Origin: Patescibacteria group bacterium
Lineage (GTDB): Bacteria > Patescibacteriota > Microgenomatia > UBA1400 > PJMF01
Direction: 5' to 3'
Length of the DNA stretch: 64,000 nt
NCBI GenBank assembly: GCA_041747555.1
Contig: JBGTEY010000007.1
Span: 11,426 to 75,425 of the forward strand
Positions within the stretch are counted from its first letter, which is position 1. The number at the start of each line of letters is the position of its first letter. The notes under the pieces are model-generated. The model ran no database searches, was not told the origin of the DNA, and was given only the letters and a program-made list of their open reading frames with translations. This document shows positions 18,352 through 31,401 of this stretch, piece by piece. The position numbers and the translations under genes were made by a program.

Positions 18352-21300
18352 ATGCAGAACACAAATCAAACCGGAACCGCCGTAAAGCACATAGTCGATT
18401 TTGCTGCTCTTGAGATTCGAATCGCATCTCCCGACACAATCAAGTCATGGTCTTATGGTGAGGTTAAAAAACCAGAAACAATCAATTACCGATCTTTAAA
18501 AGCAGAAAAAGACGGACTTTTTGATGAAAAAATCTTTGGACCGATCAAAGACTATGAATGTTACTGCGGAAAGTACAAGCGAATTCGCTACAAGGGTATT
18601 ATTTGTGACAAATGTGGTGTCGAAGTGACTCAATCACGAGTACGTAGAGAGCGCATGGGACATATTACACTTGCAGCTCCCGTTGCTCACATCTGGTACT
18701 TCAAGGGTGCTCCCTCAAAATTATCACTTCTTCTTGGAATTTCACCAAGAAATCTTAATTCAATCATCTACTTCTCAAAATACATCGTACTCGATGTTGA
18801 TCAAGACGAAAAAATTGCCGTCATGGATCAGCTCGTGGTCGACGCAGAAGCAGCACAAGATGAATTAAAAGATTCAACCAAGCTCCAGATGGAGAACGTA
18901 ACCAAACAGCTCGATCAAGACGTTGTCAAACTAAAAGAAAAAGTTACCAACAAAGAAACACTCCAGCTCAAGGTTAGCGAACTCCAGCTCAAAGCCAAGA
19001 ACAAACTGATGTCACTCAAGAAGCAACTTGAGACACAATTAGAGCAGACTGATGAAATCTACAAACAGCTACAACAAATGGTCAAGAGAATTAAGACCGG
19101 CACTATCCTCAGTGAAGATGAGTACATCAAGCTCTCTGAGTACGATGCCGCCAGTCATGTTCGAGTCGGCATGGGTGCTGAAAGTATTCTAGAAATGGTT
19201 GAGGCGCTTGATCTTGATCAGCTTACCGATGACTTGAGAGAAGAAATGGTCGAGGCCAAAGGTGTTAAGAGAATCAAAGCAACCAAGAGACTTAGGGTTA
19301 TAGGTGGATTTACTAAAGCGCATATCAAACCAGAATGGATGTTCTTAAACATCTTGCCCGTCATCCCTCCAGATTTGAGACCGATGGTTCAGCTTTCTGG
19401 TGGTCGATTTGCTACTTCTGACTTGAACGATCTGTATCGTCGCGTCATTAACAGAAATAATCGCTTGAAGCACCTCATTGATCTTGGCGCACCTGAAATT
19501 ATTTTGAGAAATGAAAAGCGAATGCTTCAAGAGGCAGTTGACTCATTGATTGATGGCACACAAGCTCGACAATCACGACGACGTTCAAATAGAAGACCGC
19601 TCAAGTCCCTCTCAGAAATGCTTAAGGGTAAGCAAGGTCGATTTAGACAAAATCTTCTCGGAAAACGTGTTGACTACTCAGGTCGTTCAGTCATCGTTGT
19701 GGGTCCAGAGCTCAAATTAAACGAGTGTGGACTTCCAAAAGATATGGCTCTTGAGATGTTTAAGCCATATGTGCTTCGAGAACTCATTGTCCACGGTACC
19801 GCGCCAAACGTGAAAAGTGCCAAGCATTTAATCGAGCGACGAGAGCCGGTAGTGTATGACATTCTTGAGCAAGTTACTGCCAATCATCCCGTGATTTTGA
19901 ACCGTGCACCAACACTTCATAAGTTGGGTATGCAGTCATTTTTCCCAATTTTGATCGAGGGAAATGCTATCCAGCTCCATCCTTGTGTCTGTTCTGGATA
20001 CAATGCTGACTTTGATGGTGACCAAATGGCTGTTCATGTTCCGCTGACGCAGCAAGCTCGAGAGGAATGTTCGACATTGATGATGTCTTCACATAACTTA
20101 CTCAAGCCTGCAAACGGTGAGCCAATCACAGTGCCTAATAAAGAAATGGCAATGGGTGTCTACTATCATACTGTGCTTGATACCGATCAAGAAAAGTTTA
20201 GCTCAGTGTTTGCATCAGAAGATGAAGCATTCCATGCGCATCAAACTGACAGAGTTAAACTACGACAGCCAATCAGTGTTCGCGTTCAGACTCCAGAAGG
20301 TGCAAAAATCGTTGATACATCTATTGGTCGACTTGAGTTTAATACACTCTTGCCAGCATCAATGAGATTCATCAACGAAGAAGTAGGTGACAAGAAGATC
20401 AAAGAATTAGTGACGTTTGCCATTCAGACCCAACCTCGAGAAGTTGTGGCTCAATTAATTGACGACATCAAAAATCTTGGATTTAGAGCTGCCACCATCT
20501 CAGGTCTCTCAGTTTCTGTTGCAGACTGCGAAATGATCGTCGAAAAGAAGCAAATTGTTGCTCAAGCCAACAAAAAGGCAGAGGCAATTCAAGAGCAATT
20601 CCAAGATGGTCTGATTTCTACAGAAGAGCGAAAGAAAATGTCCTTCGACGTCTGGATCGACACCACCGAAGAAGTTGCAGAAAAGACTTGGGATTCTTAT
20701 TCAGACAAGAATGCAGTCAAGGTTATCATCAACTCAGGAGGTACTCGTGCTTCTAAAGATCAGGTGAAACAGCTTGCCGCTATGCGGGGACTCGTTGTTG
20801 ATCCGCTCGGAAATATTGTGGAAATGCCTACAAAATCCAACTTTAGAGAAGGTCTCACCATTTTTGAATATGTGACATCTGCTCGTGGATCACGAAAAGG
20901 TCTGACTGACTCAGCAATTAAAACTGCTGACGCCGGATATCTCACTCGTCGTCTCTGTGACGTATCACATGACGTGATTATTCGACTTGAAGATTGTGGA
21001 ACCAAAACTGGTGTTCGATTTAGCACCAAGAACAGACCTACAGTCTTTAGCACTCGAATCTCAGGACGCGTGGCACTCGAAGACATAAAAGATGGTCGCA
21101 AGGTATTGGTAAAAGCAGATGAGTACATTACTCCAGAATTAGCCAAACAGATCACTGAAGCTGGTATTGACGAGGTCTATGCTCGATCACCACTCACCTG
21201 CGAGGCAGAAAAAGGAATGTGTGCTAAGTGTTATGGTTGGGATTTCTCAACCAGAGACAAGGTTTCAATCGGTGTTCCGGTTGGAATTGTTGCTGCACAA

Positions 21301-22077
21301 TCAATCGGTGAGCCGGGTACTCAGCTGACTATGCGTGTCAAGCACTCAGGAGGTATCGTTGGACTCGACGTGACGCAAGGTTTGCCACGTGTCGAGGAAA
21401 TGCTCGAGGCCAGAAATCCAAAGCGACCAGCAGTAATTAGCGAGTTGGCAGGTAAAGTTTTGATCGAAGAAGGTGATAAAGAAACCATCATCACTGTTCG
21501 TACCACAACCAAGCCTGTTGAGGAAGTTACTTACAAGGTCAATACCAATATTCCACTTCAAGTAGAATCTGGTGATTTGGTAGGAATTGGTCAGCAGCTT
21601 TCAGAAGGTTCAATCGATCTTCAGGAGTTACTGCAGATCAAAGGCTTGCAACACACCCAGCTCTATGTGCTCGATCAAGTTCAACACGTGTACGAGTCAC
21701 AAGGTATTCCAATTCATGACAAACATTTTGAAGTCATCATTCGTAAAATGAGTGACAAACTTCAAATCGAGCAGTCAGGTGATACCGATTATCTGCCAGG
21801 TGAAATTGTTGAGCGAAGTCGCTTCATCCAATCCAATGATGAAACCATGGCGGCAGGTGGTGAGCCAGCAACAGCTAAGATTCTCTTCCTCGGAATTACC
21901 CGCTCGTCACTCTTCACCTATTCCTGGTTATCAGCTGCATCATTCCAGCACACCAAAAATGTGTTGACCGACGCCGCGTCATCAGGAGCAATAGACGAGC
22001 TCGAAGGCCTCAAGGAAAATGTGATTATTGGTCGGTTAATTCCAACCACTCCAGAGAGGGCATCAATAGAAATGTAA
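18352..22077 (+). CDS. rpoC: DNA-directed RNA polymerase subunit beta', with a coiled-coil insertion near the N-terminus
   Basis: 1241 aa. Zn-finger [23 protein letters not shown]. Catalytic [15 protein letters not shown]. Insertion at about aa 150-260 is rich in heptad-like KLQ repeats. Confidence 0.97.
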   Translation: MQNTNQTGTAVKHIVDFAALEIRIASPDTIKSWSYGEVKKPETINYRSLKAEKDGLFDEKIFGPIKDYECYCGKYKRIRYKGIICDKCGVEVTQSRVRRERMGHITLAAPVAHIWYFKGAPSKLSLLLGISPRNLNSIIYFSKYIVLDVDQDEKIAVMDQLVVDAEAAQDELKDSTKLQMENVTKQLDQDVVKLKEKVTNKETLQLKVSELQLKAKNKLMSLKKQLETQLEQTDEIYKQLQQMVKRIKTGTILSEDEYIKLSEYDAASHVRVGMGAESILEMVEALDLDQLTDDLREEMVEAKGVKRIKATKRLRVIGGFTKAHIKPEWMFLNILPVIPPDLRPMVQLSGGRFATSDLNDLYRRVINRNNRLKHLIDLGAPEIILRNEKRMLQEAVDSLIDGTQARQSRRRSNRRPLKSLSEMLKGKQGRFRQNLLGKRVDYSGRSVIVVGPELKLNECGLPKDMALEMFKPYVLRELIVHGTAPNVKSAKHLIERREPVVYDILEQVTANHPVILNRAPTLHKLGMQSFFPILIEGNAIQLHPCVCSGYNADFDGDQMAVHVPLTQQAREECSTLMMSSHNLLKPANGEPITVPNKEMAMGVYYHTVLDTDQEKFSSVFASEDEAFHAHQTDRVKLRQPISVRVQTPEGAKIVDTSIGRLEFNTLLPASMRFINEEVGDKKIKELVTFAIQTQPREVVAQLIDDIKNLGFRAATISGLSVSVADCEMIVEKKQIVAQANKKAEAIQEQFQDGLISTEERKKMSFDVWIDTTEEVAEKTWDSYSDKNAVKVIINSGGTRASKDQVKQLAAMRGLVVDPLGNIVEMPTKSNFREGLTIFEYVTSARGSRKGLTDSAIKTADAGYLTRRLCDVSHDVIIRLEDCGTKTGVRFSTKNRPTVFSTRISGRVALEDIKDGRKVLVKADEYITPELAKQITEAGIDEVYARSPLTCEAEKGMCAKCYGWDFSTRDKVSIGVPVGIVAAQSIGEPGTQLTMRVKHSGGIVGLDVTQGLPRVEEMLEARNPKRPAVISELAGKVLIEEGDKETIITVRTTTKPVEEVTYKVNTNIPLQVESGDLVGIGQQLSEGSIDLQELLQIKGLQHTQLYVLDQVQHVYESQGIPIHDKHFEVIIRKMSDKLQIEQSGDTDYLPGEIVERSRFIQSNDETMAAGGEPATAKILFLGITRSSLFTYSWLSAASFQHTKNVLTDAASSGAIDELEGLKENVIIGRLIPTTPERASIEM

Positions 22078-22084
22078 ACGATCA

Positions 22085-22112
22085 CGGCACTCGACTTTGA
22101 AAAGCCGAGTGC
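22085..22112 (+). terminator. Stem-loop with no U-tract after rpoC, overlapping the rpsL promoter. Partial terminator or processing site.
   Basis: GGCACTCGactttgaaaagcCGAGTGCC, an 8-bp stem, lies immediately before the TGTTACAAT -10. Confidence 0.35.
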
Positions 22113-22124
22113 CTGTGTTACAAT
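22097..22124 (+). promoter_or_regulatory. Promoter of the str operon (TTGAAA-N16-TGTTACAAT)
   Basis: TTGAAA 22097-22102. Extended -10 TGTTACAAT 22116-22124. The downstream region CAACGATTCAA is nearly identical to the rpoB promoter. Confidence 0.5.
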
Positions 22125-22142
22125 CAACGATTCAAACAACCT

Positions 22143-22556
22143 ATGCCAACAATTAATCAACTCATCAGAAAAGGTCGCAAGTCGAAGCCAAATAAAGTTA
22201 AGGCAACAGCACTGCGACGCAGCTACAACTCAAACACGGGAAGAATGGTTAAAACCACTAACCCACAAAAAAGAGGTGTCTGTACAGTAGTTAAAACCAT
22301 GACTCCAAAGAAACCGAACTCAGCGCTTCGTAAAGTTGCGCGTGTTCGACTTTCAAACAAAATGGAAGTCACCGCTTACATCATGGGAGAAGGTCACTCA
22401 CTCGCAGAGCACAGCATTGTGCTCATCAGAGGCGGAAGAGTCAAAGACTTACCTGGCGTGAAATACCATGTTGTTCGAGGTAAATATGACGCTGCTGGCG
22501 TTGATGGTCGTAAGACTAGCCGCAGTAAATATGGAGTAAAAAGACCTTCAGCATAA
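22143..22556 (+). CDS. rpsL: 30S ribosomal protein S12
   Basis: [28 protein letters not shown] ... [18 protein letters not shown]; 137 aa. Confidence 0.97.
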   Translation: MPTINQLIRKGRKSKPNKVKATALRRSYNSNTGRMVKTTNPQKRGVCTVVKTMTPKKPNSALRKVARVRLSNKMEVTAYIMGEGHSLAEHSIVLIRGGRVKDLPGVKYHVVRGKYDAAGVDGRKTSRSKYGVKRPSA

Positions 22557-22613
22557 AACGTATTACTATGTAGGAGTATTGCCTCGCGCTAGCGAGGTGA
22601 GAATGGAACTACT

Positions 22614-23090
22614 ATGAGAACCAAACGAGCGCCGAAACGAACGGCAGCCCCCGATGCTAAATACGGCTCAGTCAGAGTCGCAAAGTTAATCAACTATGTC
22701 ATGCGAGATGGCAAAAAGCACGTTGCTATGAAGCACGTGTACAACTGTCTTGATGCATTGGCAAAAGCCACCAACAAAAAACCTATTGAAGCGTTCGAAG
22801 AAGTGATTAAAAACGTCACTCCTCAAATGGAAGTTCGCTCAAGACGTGTCGGTGGTGCAGCCTATCAAGTTCCAATGCCAGTGCATCCAAAACGAGGATA
22901 TTCACTCGCATTGAGATGGCTTGTTCTTGAAGCACGCAAGCGACCAAACAAACAATTCCATACCTTTGGTGAAAAACTTTTTGTAGAAATGCAAGACGCC
23001 CTTGATAACCAAGGTGGTGCTATACAAAAGAAGATCAATTCGCATAAAATGGCTGATGCTAATAAAGCATTCGCACATTTCAGATGGTAA
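22614..23090 (+). CDS. rpsG: 30S ribosomal protein S7
   Basis: 158 aa. S7 pattern KYGSVRVAKLINYVMRDGKK ... RRVGGAAYQVP. Confidence 0.95.
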   Translation: MRTKRAPKRTAAPDAKYGSVRVAKLINYVMRDGKKHVAMKHVYNCLDALAKATNKKPIEAFEEVIKNVTPQMEVRSRRVGGAAYQVPMPVHPKRGYSLALRWLVLEARKRPNKQFHTFGEKLFVEMQDALDNQGGAIQKKINSHKMADANKAFAHFRW

Positions 23091-23114
23091 AGTATTCATA
23101 CTAGGAGAACAGAT

Positions 23115-25262
23115 ATGGCAGCCCAGACGGTTAGCGCGAGTGATCGCGGTAAGATTCCACTTAAACGAATTAGAAACATCGGTATTATCGCGCACATTGA
23201 TGCCGGTAAAACTACCACCACAGAGCGTATTCTCTATTTCACCGGTCGCTCATACAAAATGGGAGAGGTTCACGAAGGTGAAGCAACCATGGACTGGATG
23301 GAGCAAGAGCAAGAGCGTGGAATTACTATCGTATCTGCGGCTACAACCACATTTTGGACACCACATTTTGGCGTGCATCTAGAGGAGCTTCCTTATCGGT
23401 TTAATATTATTGACACCCCAGGACACGTCGACTTTACAGCAGAAGTAGAACGAAGTTTGCGCGTGCTAGACGGTGGTGTAACGGTGCTCGATGCTTCAGA
23501 AGGTGTGCAGTCACAATCAGAGACTGTCTGGAGACAAGCCGACAAATATAACGTTCCAAGAATTTGTTTTGTCAATAAAATGGACAAATTAGGTGCTGAT
23601 TTTATGGCCACTGTCCAAGACATTATCGATAAATTTGGTGTCAAGCCAGCTGTCATGGTCATGCCGATGGGTGCTGAGAATGATTTTAGAGGAGTTATCC
23701 AATTACTCGAAGAAAAAGCATTGTTCTGGAAAGACACCGCAGCAGACACAGAGCCAGAAGTTATGGAAATTCCAGAAGAATATCGTGAAAAAGCCGCTGA
23801 AATGCGAAAGACATTGGTCGAAGCAATTGCAGAAACTGATGACGCATTAATGGAAAAATTCTTCGCAGATGAAGAGCTATCACTCACTGAACTCAAAGTA
23901 GCACTGCGAAAAGCAGTTATTAACTACGATCTCGTGCCAGTATACGCCGGTTCTTCACTTAAAAACACTGGTGTACAGCCACTTTTGGACGCTGTTGTTG
24001 AATATTTGCCTTCACCAGTTGATATCGATCACATTAGCGGAGAAAACCCTGATACCAAAGAAGAAGAAGATCGACAACTCGTACCAGAAGAAAATTTCTG
24101 TGCGTTATCTTTTAAAATTCAAACTGATCCGCACGTTGGTAAGTTAACCTACACTCGTGTTTACTCAGGAGTGCTGAAGGCAGGTTCATACACGTACAAT
24201 TCAACACGTCAAGAAAAAGAGCGCGTTGGTCGATTGTTACTCATGCACGCCAATCAACGAGAAGAAATTGATGAGGCTCGCGCAGGAGAAATTGTTGCGG
24301 TCGTTGGACTCAAAAGCACTAAAACTGGCGACACACTTTGTGATGACAAACACCCAATTGTACTCGAGGGAATTACCTTTGCAGATCCAGTTATTTCCTT
24401 GGCAATTGAACCAAAAACCAAGTCAGACCAAGAGAAAATGGGTATGGCGCTAGCCAAGCTCAGCGAAGAAGATCCAACCTTCACGATCAAGTCCAATCCA
24501 GAAACAGGACAAACCATTATCGGTGGTATGGGAGAGCTTCATCTTGAAATTTTGGTAGATAGATTGAAGCGTGAATTTAAAGTAGACGCCAACGTTGGAG
24601 CACCTCAAGTTGCGTACCGTGAAACCATCACTAAAGCAGCAGAGGGAGAAGGTAAGTACATCAAGCAAACTGGTGGACGTGGTCAATACGGTCACGCACT
24701 TGTTAAAATTGAGCCGAAAGATCGTGGCACAGGATATGAATTTGAAAATGCTATTACAGGTGGAACTATTCCTCGAGAGTTTATCGAGCCAACCAACAAA
24801 GGTATTATCGAATCATTAGAACGAGGTTTTGTTGCTAATTACCCAATGTCAGATATCAAAGTTACGCTCTACGATGGTTCATATCACGATGTTGACTCGA
24901 GTGAAATTGCCTTTAAGATGGCAGGTTCATTAGCAATGCGTGATGGTGTAGCAAAAGCTGCTCCAGTACTACTTGAACCTATCATGAAAATCGAGGTCTC
25001 AAGCCCAGAAGAATACATGGGAGATGTGATCGGTGACCTAGGTTCACGCCGCGCTCAAGTGCAAGGTACAACGCAAAGAGGTCCCGTAGTCATCATTACT
25101 GCACTCGCACCCTTGGCGGAGATGCAGGGCTATGTTACAATTTTGAGAAGCATGACGAAAGGTCGGGCGTCTTCAGTGATGCTTCCAAGTCATTATGAGC
25201 CAGTTCCACAGAATATAGCCGCGCAAGTCATTGCAGAGCGAAAAGGGGCTGAGCACAGGTAG
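23115..25262 (+). CDS. fusA: Elongation factor G
   Basis: 715 aa. G-domain motifs [23 protein letters not shown] and NKMDK. Confidence 0.97.
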   Translation: MAAQTVSASDRGKIPLKRIRNIGIIAHIDAGKTTTTERILYFTGRSYKMGEVHEGEATMDWMEQEQERGITIVSAATTTFWTPHFGVHLEELPYRFNIIDTPGHVDFTAEVERSLRVLDGGVTVLDASEGVQSQSETVWRQADKYNVPRICFVNKMDKLGADFMATVQDIIDKFGVKPAVMVMPMGAENDFRGVIQLLEEKALFWKDTAADTEPEVMEIPEEYREKAAEMRKTLVEAIAETDDALMEKFFADEELSLTELKVALRKAVINYDLVPVYAGSSLKNTGVQPLLDAVVEYLPSPVDIDHISGENPDTKEEEDRQLVPEENFCALSFKIQTDPHVGKLTYTRVYSGVLKAGSYTYNSTRQEKERVGRLLLMHANQREEIDEARAGEIVAVVGLKSTKTGDTLCDDKHPIVLEGITFADPVISLAIEPKTKSDQEKMGMALAKLSEEDPTFTIKSNPETGQTIIGGMGELHLEILVDRLKREFKVDANVGAPQVAYRETITKAAEGEGKYIKQTGGRGQYGHALVKIEPKDRGTGYEFENAITGGTIPREFIEPTNKGIIESLERGFVANYPMSDIKVTLYDGSYHDVDSSEIAFKMAGSLAMRDGVAKAAPVLLEPIMKIEVSSPEEYMGDVIGDLGSRRAQVQGTTQRGPVVIITALAPLAEMQGYVTILRSMTKGRASSVMLPSHYEPVPQNIAAQVIAERKGAEHR

Positions 25263-25374
25263 TAATATACTGTATACGTTGCTGTAGCGGTGTGATAAAA
25301 TCATCGTTTGCTTACATCGGCATATACTGTACAAGTAAATACGCGTAAAATCGCATAAAAAACAGGGAGGAATC

Positions 25375-26571
<1,197 letters not shown>

Positions 26572-26577
26572 GAAATT

Positions 26578-26633
26578 GCCCCGCCGCAGGCGGGGCAAAC
26601 CCACGTAAACCCCGCCATTGTGCGGGGTTTACT
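26578..26633 (+). terminator. Tandem GC-rich hairpins after tuf. Rho-independent terminator.
   Basis: GCCCCGCCgcagGCGGGGC, then AAACCCCGCcattgtGCGGGGTTTACTTCT. A TAGTATAAT -10 for rpsJ follows at about 26648. Confidence 0.7.
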
Positions 26634-26698
26634 TCTGGGGGACGATCTAGTATAATCTCCTCCTATCGCATGGCACTAAAGAAATACATTAACAACAT

Positions 26699-27028
26699 AT
26701 GGCAAACAAGAAAAAAACCCAAGCATCATACAAGATTAGAGTTCGGCTTAAGTCGTACGATCATCGAGTAATTGATGATGCAAGTCGAAAAATTCTTGAA
26801 ACCGCACTTTCAACAGGTGCTCAGGTAGTAGGTCCAGTACCGCTTCCAACACATCTCAAGGAATTCACAGTTTTGGTTTCGCCACATGCTGACAAGAATG
26901 CTCAAGAGCATTATGGAATGAGAACACATAAGCGTTTGATTGACATTGTCAATCCAACAAGTAAAACAATTGATTCGCTTATGCATTTGGAACTCCCTGC
27001 CGGTGTTGCCATCCAAATAAAGATGTAA
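26699..27028 (+). CDS. rpsJ: 30S ribosomal protein S10
   Basis: [39 protein letters not shown]. Confidence 0.95.
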   Translation: MANKKKTQASYKIRVRLKSYDHRVIDDASRKILETALSTGAQVVGPVPLPTHLKEFTVLVSPHADKNAQEHYGMRTHKRLIDIVNPTSKTIDSLMHLELPAGVAIQIKM

Positions 27029-27130
27029 CAGAACGCAGGACACAAGAAACAATAACTACTAACGGAGTTACTCTGCTAATAGTAAAGAATAAACTAATAA
27101 TACAAAACGAAAATCAGTGGGTACACACTA

Positions 27131-27940
27131 ATGCTACAGGATATTTTTGCGACCAAAATCGGCATGACACAAGCCTGGACCAAAACAGGAAAGCGTCTTG
27201 CGGTAACTCGTTGTGCAGCTGACAACAATATGATTGTTGGTGTGCAGCACGCCACTTCCAAGAACGGTGATCAAACACAAGATATTTCAATTTTTGAACT
27301 TGGATACGGATCAAAGAAACTCAAAAACATAGCTAAACCACTCAGAGCACGATTGCAGAAGAGTGGTTTTTCAGTTGGTCCCACAGGAATCGTCGGAACT
27401 CGTGCTACAGAAACCAACGAAGATGGCACGCCAGCTAGAGTCGCTGTTGGTGATACAGTCACTGCTCTCGACGTTTTAGAAGTCGGGGACATCGTCAAGG
27501 TGCAAGGTGTAACCAAAGGCCGTGGATTTGCTGGTGGCATGAAGCGACATGGATTTCATGGCGGCCCAAAGACACATGGTCAATCAGACAGAGCTCGTGC
27601 AGTTGGTTCAATCGGTGCAGGTACTGATCCAGGAAAAGTCTGGAAAGGTAAAAAAATGCCTGGTCGATATGGAAATGACACTCAGACAGTTAAAGGTTTG
27701 GTCGTCGTTCATATTGACGCAGACGCCAATGAAATTTGGCTCAGTGGCCCAGTTCCAGGTGTTATCTCATCAAGCGTTAAAATTACCAAAACTGGCTCAC
27801 AAAAAACAATCGAACTTGACGCAAAAGCCTCAGGTTTATCAGAGAAAGTCGTCGAACCAGAAATTGCTGTTGAAACAGAGGTAGAACCTGCAGTTGAAGA
27901 AACCGCAGAAACCGTTACCAAAGACGGAGCACAAGCATGA
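27131..27940 (+). CDS. rplC: 50S ribosomal protein L3, with a ~55-aa acidic C-terminal extension
   Basis: FATKIGMTQAWTKTGKRLAVT at the N-terminus. 269 aa against about 210 typical. Confidence 0.93.
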   Translation: MLQDIFATKIGMTQAWTKTGKRLAVTRCAADNNMIVGVQHATSKNGDQTQDISIFELGYGSKKLKNIAKPLRARLQKSGFSVGPTGIVGTRATETNEDGTPARVAVGDTVTALDVLEVGDIVKVQGVTKGRGFAGGMKRHGFHGGPKTHGQSDRARAVGSIGAGTDPGKVWKGKKMPGRYGNDTQTVKGLVVVHIDADANEIWLSGPVPGVISSSVKITKTGSQKTIELDAKASGLSEKVVEPEIAVETEVEPAVEETAETVTKDGAQA

Positions 27941-28755
27941 AATTAGTATCACACACCAAAACAGGCAACGAAGGTTCAGTTACCGTCAGTGACGCACTCT
28001 TTGGCGCTCCTGTAAATCAAACACTCTTGGCACAAGCAGTGAGAGTGTATCGAGCAAACGCTCGACAAGGGACAGCTAAAGTTAAGACTCGATCAGAAGT
28101 TGCTCGAACCAAGAAAAAATGGTACAAGCAAAAAGGTACAGGCAACGCTCGACATGGCGCACGATCCGCTCACATTTTTGTTGGTGGAGGTGTTGCGCAT
28201 GGTCCAGATGGTACACAGAATTGGTCACTCTCACTTTCACAACGCATGAAGCATAAAGCACTTATTTCTGCATTGAGTGCACAAGTAGAACAATCCAGTG
28301 TTTGTGATGCAGTTACAGAGTTAAGCGGAAAAACAAAAGAAGCAGTTGCGTTGTTCGAATCAATGGGATTGGCAGATCAACGAATACTCGTTATCGTTCA
28401 CGAACAAGTTGAAGAACTCCGCAGAGCAACACAAAATTTACAAAATGTGTTCGTTACTACCGCATACAGAACAAATGCTTTTGAAGTTGCGCAGGCAAAT
28501 CACATTGTCTTTACCAGTGAGGCAATTTCAGCACTCGAAAATCGAGTAGCAGACAAAAAGCAGTCAGCTCCGAAGTCAACTGCGCCAAAAGCATCAAAGA
28601 TAGATGCAGCAGAAAAAACATCAGAGAAAAAAGCTACCAAGAAAACATCTACCAAGGCAGAACCCAAAAAAGCCGCACCTAAGAAAGTTGCAACCAAGAA
28701 ACCAGCCACAAAAACCGCAGCAAAACCAAAGAAAACAGAAAAAACTGAGAAATAA
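27937..28755 (+). CDS. rplD: 50S ribosomal protein L4, with a Lys/Ala/Thr-rich C-terminal extension
   Basis: ATGA overlap with rplC. L4 core. The tail is KKQSAPKSTAPKASKIDAAEKTSEKKATKKTSTKAEPKKAAPKK... Confidence 0.93.
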   Translation: MKLVSHTKTGNEGSVTVSDALFGAPVNQTLLAQAVRVYRANARQGTAKVKTRSEVARTKKKWYKQKGTGNARHGARSAHIFVGGGVAHGPDGTQNWSLSLSQRMKHKALISALSAQVEQSSVCDAVTELSGKTKEAVALFESMGLADQRILVIVHEQVEELRRATQNLQNVFVTTAYRTNAFEVAQANHIVFTSEAISALENRVADKKQSAPKSTAPKASKIDAAEKTSEKKATKKTSTKAEPKKAAPKKVATKKPATKTAAKPKKTEKTEK

Positions 28756-28757
28756 TC

Positions 28758-29066
28758 ATGAATCCATATATTTTAAAACGACCAATCATTACTGAAAAAT
28801 CTCTCAGACTTGCTGAAACTGAAAACAAGTACACGTTTGAGGTGGATCCAAATGCTACGAAGAATCAAGTCGTGGCTGCAGTTGAGGAATTATTCAGCGT
28901 GAACGTACTGGGTGTTAGAACAATCAAACTCCAGCCAACCACCAGACGAACAGGCAAAAAACGCGTTGAGGTCAGAACTGGTAAAACCAAAAAAGCCGTT
29001 GTTCATTTAGCGGCAAAACAAACCATCGATCTCTTTGATCTTGGTGGAGGTGAAAACGAAGCATAA
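28758..29066 (+). CDS. rplW: 50S ribosomal protein L23
   Basis: 102 aa. ILKRPIITEKS ... L23 pattern. Confidence 0.93.
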   Translation: MNPYILKRPIITEKSLRLAETENKYTFEVDPNATKNQVVAAVEELFSVNVLGVRTIKLQPTTRRTGKKRVEVRTGKTKKAVVHLAAKQTIDLFDLGGGENEA

Positions 29067-29080
29067 TTCGAAAGTATACT

Positions 29081-29914
29081 ATGGTAATTACACGAAAACC
29101 TACCAGCAGTGGACGAAGACATCAAGTCGATATCGATCGATCTGAGCTTCACAAGGGTAGCCCAGAGAAATCACTCCTCGTGCCTGGTCACAAAAAACGA
29201 CAGGGTCGGGGGTTTAAAGGTCAAATCACCGTTCGACATCGTGGTGGTGGTGTCAAGAAACGAATGAGAAAGATTGATTGGCGTAGAGAGAAACATGGTG
29301 TACCAGCAAAAGTCGATCGTATTGAATACGACCCAATGAGAAGCGCACACGTTGCACTTTTGGTATACGCAGATGGTGAGAAACGATATATACTTCGACC
29401 TCAGAATCTAGAAGCTGGTGCCACAATCGAATCGGGTCCAGATGCTGAAGCACGTGTCGGCAATGCACTTCCGCTTAAATCAGTGCCAATCGGTATGTTT
29501 ATACACAACATCGAAATGAGTATTGGTAAGGGCGCACAATTGGTGCGCGGTGCAGGAACTGGCGCCATTGTTCAATCCAAGGAAGGAAAGTACGTTACCG
29601 TTCAGCTTCCATCCAAAGAGCTACGATTGATAAATGCCGAGTGTTTCGCTACAATCGGCGAGGTCGGTAATCAAGAGTGGAAAAATCGAAAAATTGGTAA
29701 GGCTGGTCGAAAACGACTAATGGGTATTCGTCCAACAGTTCGAGGAACTGCACAACACCCTGGTAGCCACCCACATGGAGGTGGTGAGGGTAAAACTGGC
29801 GTTGGTATGAAGTATCCAAAGACTCCATGGGGTAAGCATGCCCACGGTACCAAGACACGCAAGCGAAATCACCGCTCTAACAAGTGGATCGTTCGCGATC
29901 GGAGAGTAAAATAA
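29081..29914 (+). CDS. rplB: 50S ribosomal protein L2
   Basis: 277 aa. [16 protein letters not shown] ... HPHGGGEGK. Confidence 0.97.
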   Translation: MVITRKPTSSGRRHQVDIDRSELHKGSPEKSLLVPGHKKRQGRGFKGQITVRHRGGGVKKRMRKIDWRREKHGVPAKVDRIEYDPMRSAHVALLVYADGEKRYILRPQNLEAGATIESGPDAEARVGNALPLKSVPIGMFIHNIEMSIGKGAQLVRGAGTGAIVQSKEGKYVTVQLPSKELRLINAECFATIGEVGNQEWKNRKIGKAGRKRLMGIRPTVRGTAQHPGSHPHGGGEGKTGVGMKYPKTPWGKHAHGTKTRKRNHRSNKWIVRDRRVK

Positions 29915-29915
29915 T

Positions 29916-30200
29916 ATGTCAAGATCAAGTAAAAAAGGACCATTCGTTGATCCAAAATTGCTCAAAAAAGTCCACGCTCAAAAAGCAAGCGGTGACAAAA
30001 CAGCAATTAAAACTTGGAGTCGTTCATGCGTGATCACTCCAGACTTTGTGGGTCACACCTTTGCAGTACATCAGGGTAAAAACTTTATTGATGTGTATTG
30101 TACTGAGGCGATGGTGGGACACAAACTTGGTGAATTTTCGCCAACAAGAACGTTTAGAGGGCACGGTAAGATTGTAAAACGGGTCTTAACCAAGACGTAA
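29916..30200 (+). CDS. rpsS: 30S ribosomal protein S19
   Basis: [19 protein letters not shown] ... [15 protein letters not shown]. Confidence 0.97.
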   Translation: MSRSSKKGPFVDPKLLKKVHAQKASGDKTAIKTWSRSCVITPDFVGHTFAVHQGKNFIDVYCTEAMVGHKLGEFSPTRTFRGHGKIVKRVLTKT

Positions 30201-30204
30201 TCTG

Positions 30205-30717
30205 ATGATAATCAAAGCAACACAAAAAAATACCAGACAAGCACCCCGAAAAGTTCGATTAGTCGCCAACGCGGTTAAGAACATGAGTCTTGAGGATGCA
30301 CTCAGAAATCTTGCGGTTATTGAGCGTCGCTCAACCATAGTGGTCCTCAAAACGCTCAGACAAGCTATTGCAAATGCTGTCAACAACTATGGTCATGCAC
30401 CTGAGAATTTAATCCTAAAGAACATTTTGGTTACCGAGGGTCCAAGATTCCGCAGATTTCGCGCAGTAAGTCGAGGTCGAGCGCACACTGTTATCAAGAA
30501 AACAAGTCATGTGACGGTTGAGCTCGAAGTAAAAGATGCAGTAATGGCTGATAAAAACAAAACTGCAACAGAAAAAACACAATCTGCAGAGACAAAAAAG
30601 TCAGAAACAACCAAAGTTGCAAAGAAACCAGCCACCAAAACAGCTGGTAAGAAACTTACAAAAACACCAGAGAAAAAATCAACGACAAAAAAAGTAACAT
30701 CTAAGGCTAAAAAGTAA
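30205..30717 (+). CDS. rplV: 50S ribosomal protein L22, with a Lys/Thr-rich C-terminal extension
   Basis: L22 core, about 110 aa. The tail is KNKTATEKTQSAETKKSETTKVAKKPATKTAGKK... Confidence 0.93.
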   Translation: MIIKATQKNTRQAPRKVRLVANAVKNMSLEDALRNLAVIERRSTIVVLKTLRQAIANAVNNYGHAPENLILKNILVTEGPRFRRFRAVSRGRAHTVIKKTSHVTVELEVKDAVMADKNKTATEKTQSAETKKSETTKVAKKPATKTAGKKLTKTPEKKSTTKKVTSKAKK

Positions 30718-30749
30718 TAAAAAGTATTGTATAATACAGAGTTCAATTT

Positions 30750-31400
30750 ATGGGACAAAAAGTACATCCTACCGGCTTTCGACTTGGCACCACATTTACC
30801 TGGAAGTCTCGTTGGTTTGCAGACAAAGGTAAGTACTCTGATAAGGTGCTTGAAGACTACAAACTGAGACAATACTTTAAGCAAAAACTCGACAGTGCCG
30901 GACTAGTCCGTGTCGATATCGAACGATCATTAACAGCGCTAAAGATTTTCATCCACGTTGCCAAACCCGGTGTCGTGATCGGTAAAGGTGGATCAAACCT
31001 GGAAGATGTTAAAAAAGACGTTAATAGACTCTTAAACATTGGTAAGCAGAAAAAAGATCAAGTAAAAATTGATCTCAGAGTCGAAGAAGTACAAAAGCCA
31101 GATTTAAGTGCAAAATTAGTTGCAGAGCGAATCGCTCAGCAATTAATGAAGCGCTACCCACATCGCAGGGCAGTTTCACAAGCACTCGACAAAGTCACGC
31201 AAGCGGGTGCCAAGGGTGTAAAGATCGTCCTCTCTGGAAGAATCGGCGGATCAGATATTGGAAGAACAGAAAAATACTTCAATGGCAGTGTGCCAACACA
31301 AACATTGAGAGCAAATATTGATTATCATCAGTCCCCAGCGCTCACCCGCTCAGGATATGTCGGAATCAAAGTTTGGATATATAAGGGTCAGGTAATTTAG
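30750..31400 (+). CDS. rpsC: 30S ribosomal protein S3
   Basis: MGQKVHPTGFRLGTTFTWKSRWFADKGKYSD; 216 aa. Confidence 0.97.
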   Translation: MGQKVHPTGFRLGTTFTWKSRWFADKGKYSDKVLEDYKLRQYFKQKLDSAGLVRVDIERSLTALKIFIHVAKPGVVIGKGGSNLEDVKKDVNRLLNIGKQKKDQVKIDLRVEEVQKPDLSAKLVAERIAQQLMKRYPHRRAVSQALDKVTQAGAKGVKIVLSGRIGGSDIGRTEKYFNGSVPTQTLRANIDYHQSPALTRSGYVGIKVWIYKGQVI

Positions 31401-31401
31401 C

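Noticed and set aside
26572-26698. Possible tRNA between tuf and rpsJ, a common tRNA location
   Set aside because: Only two simple GC hairpins followed by U-rich sequence are present. There is no cloverleaf and no GTTC T-loop. They are terminators.
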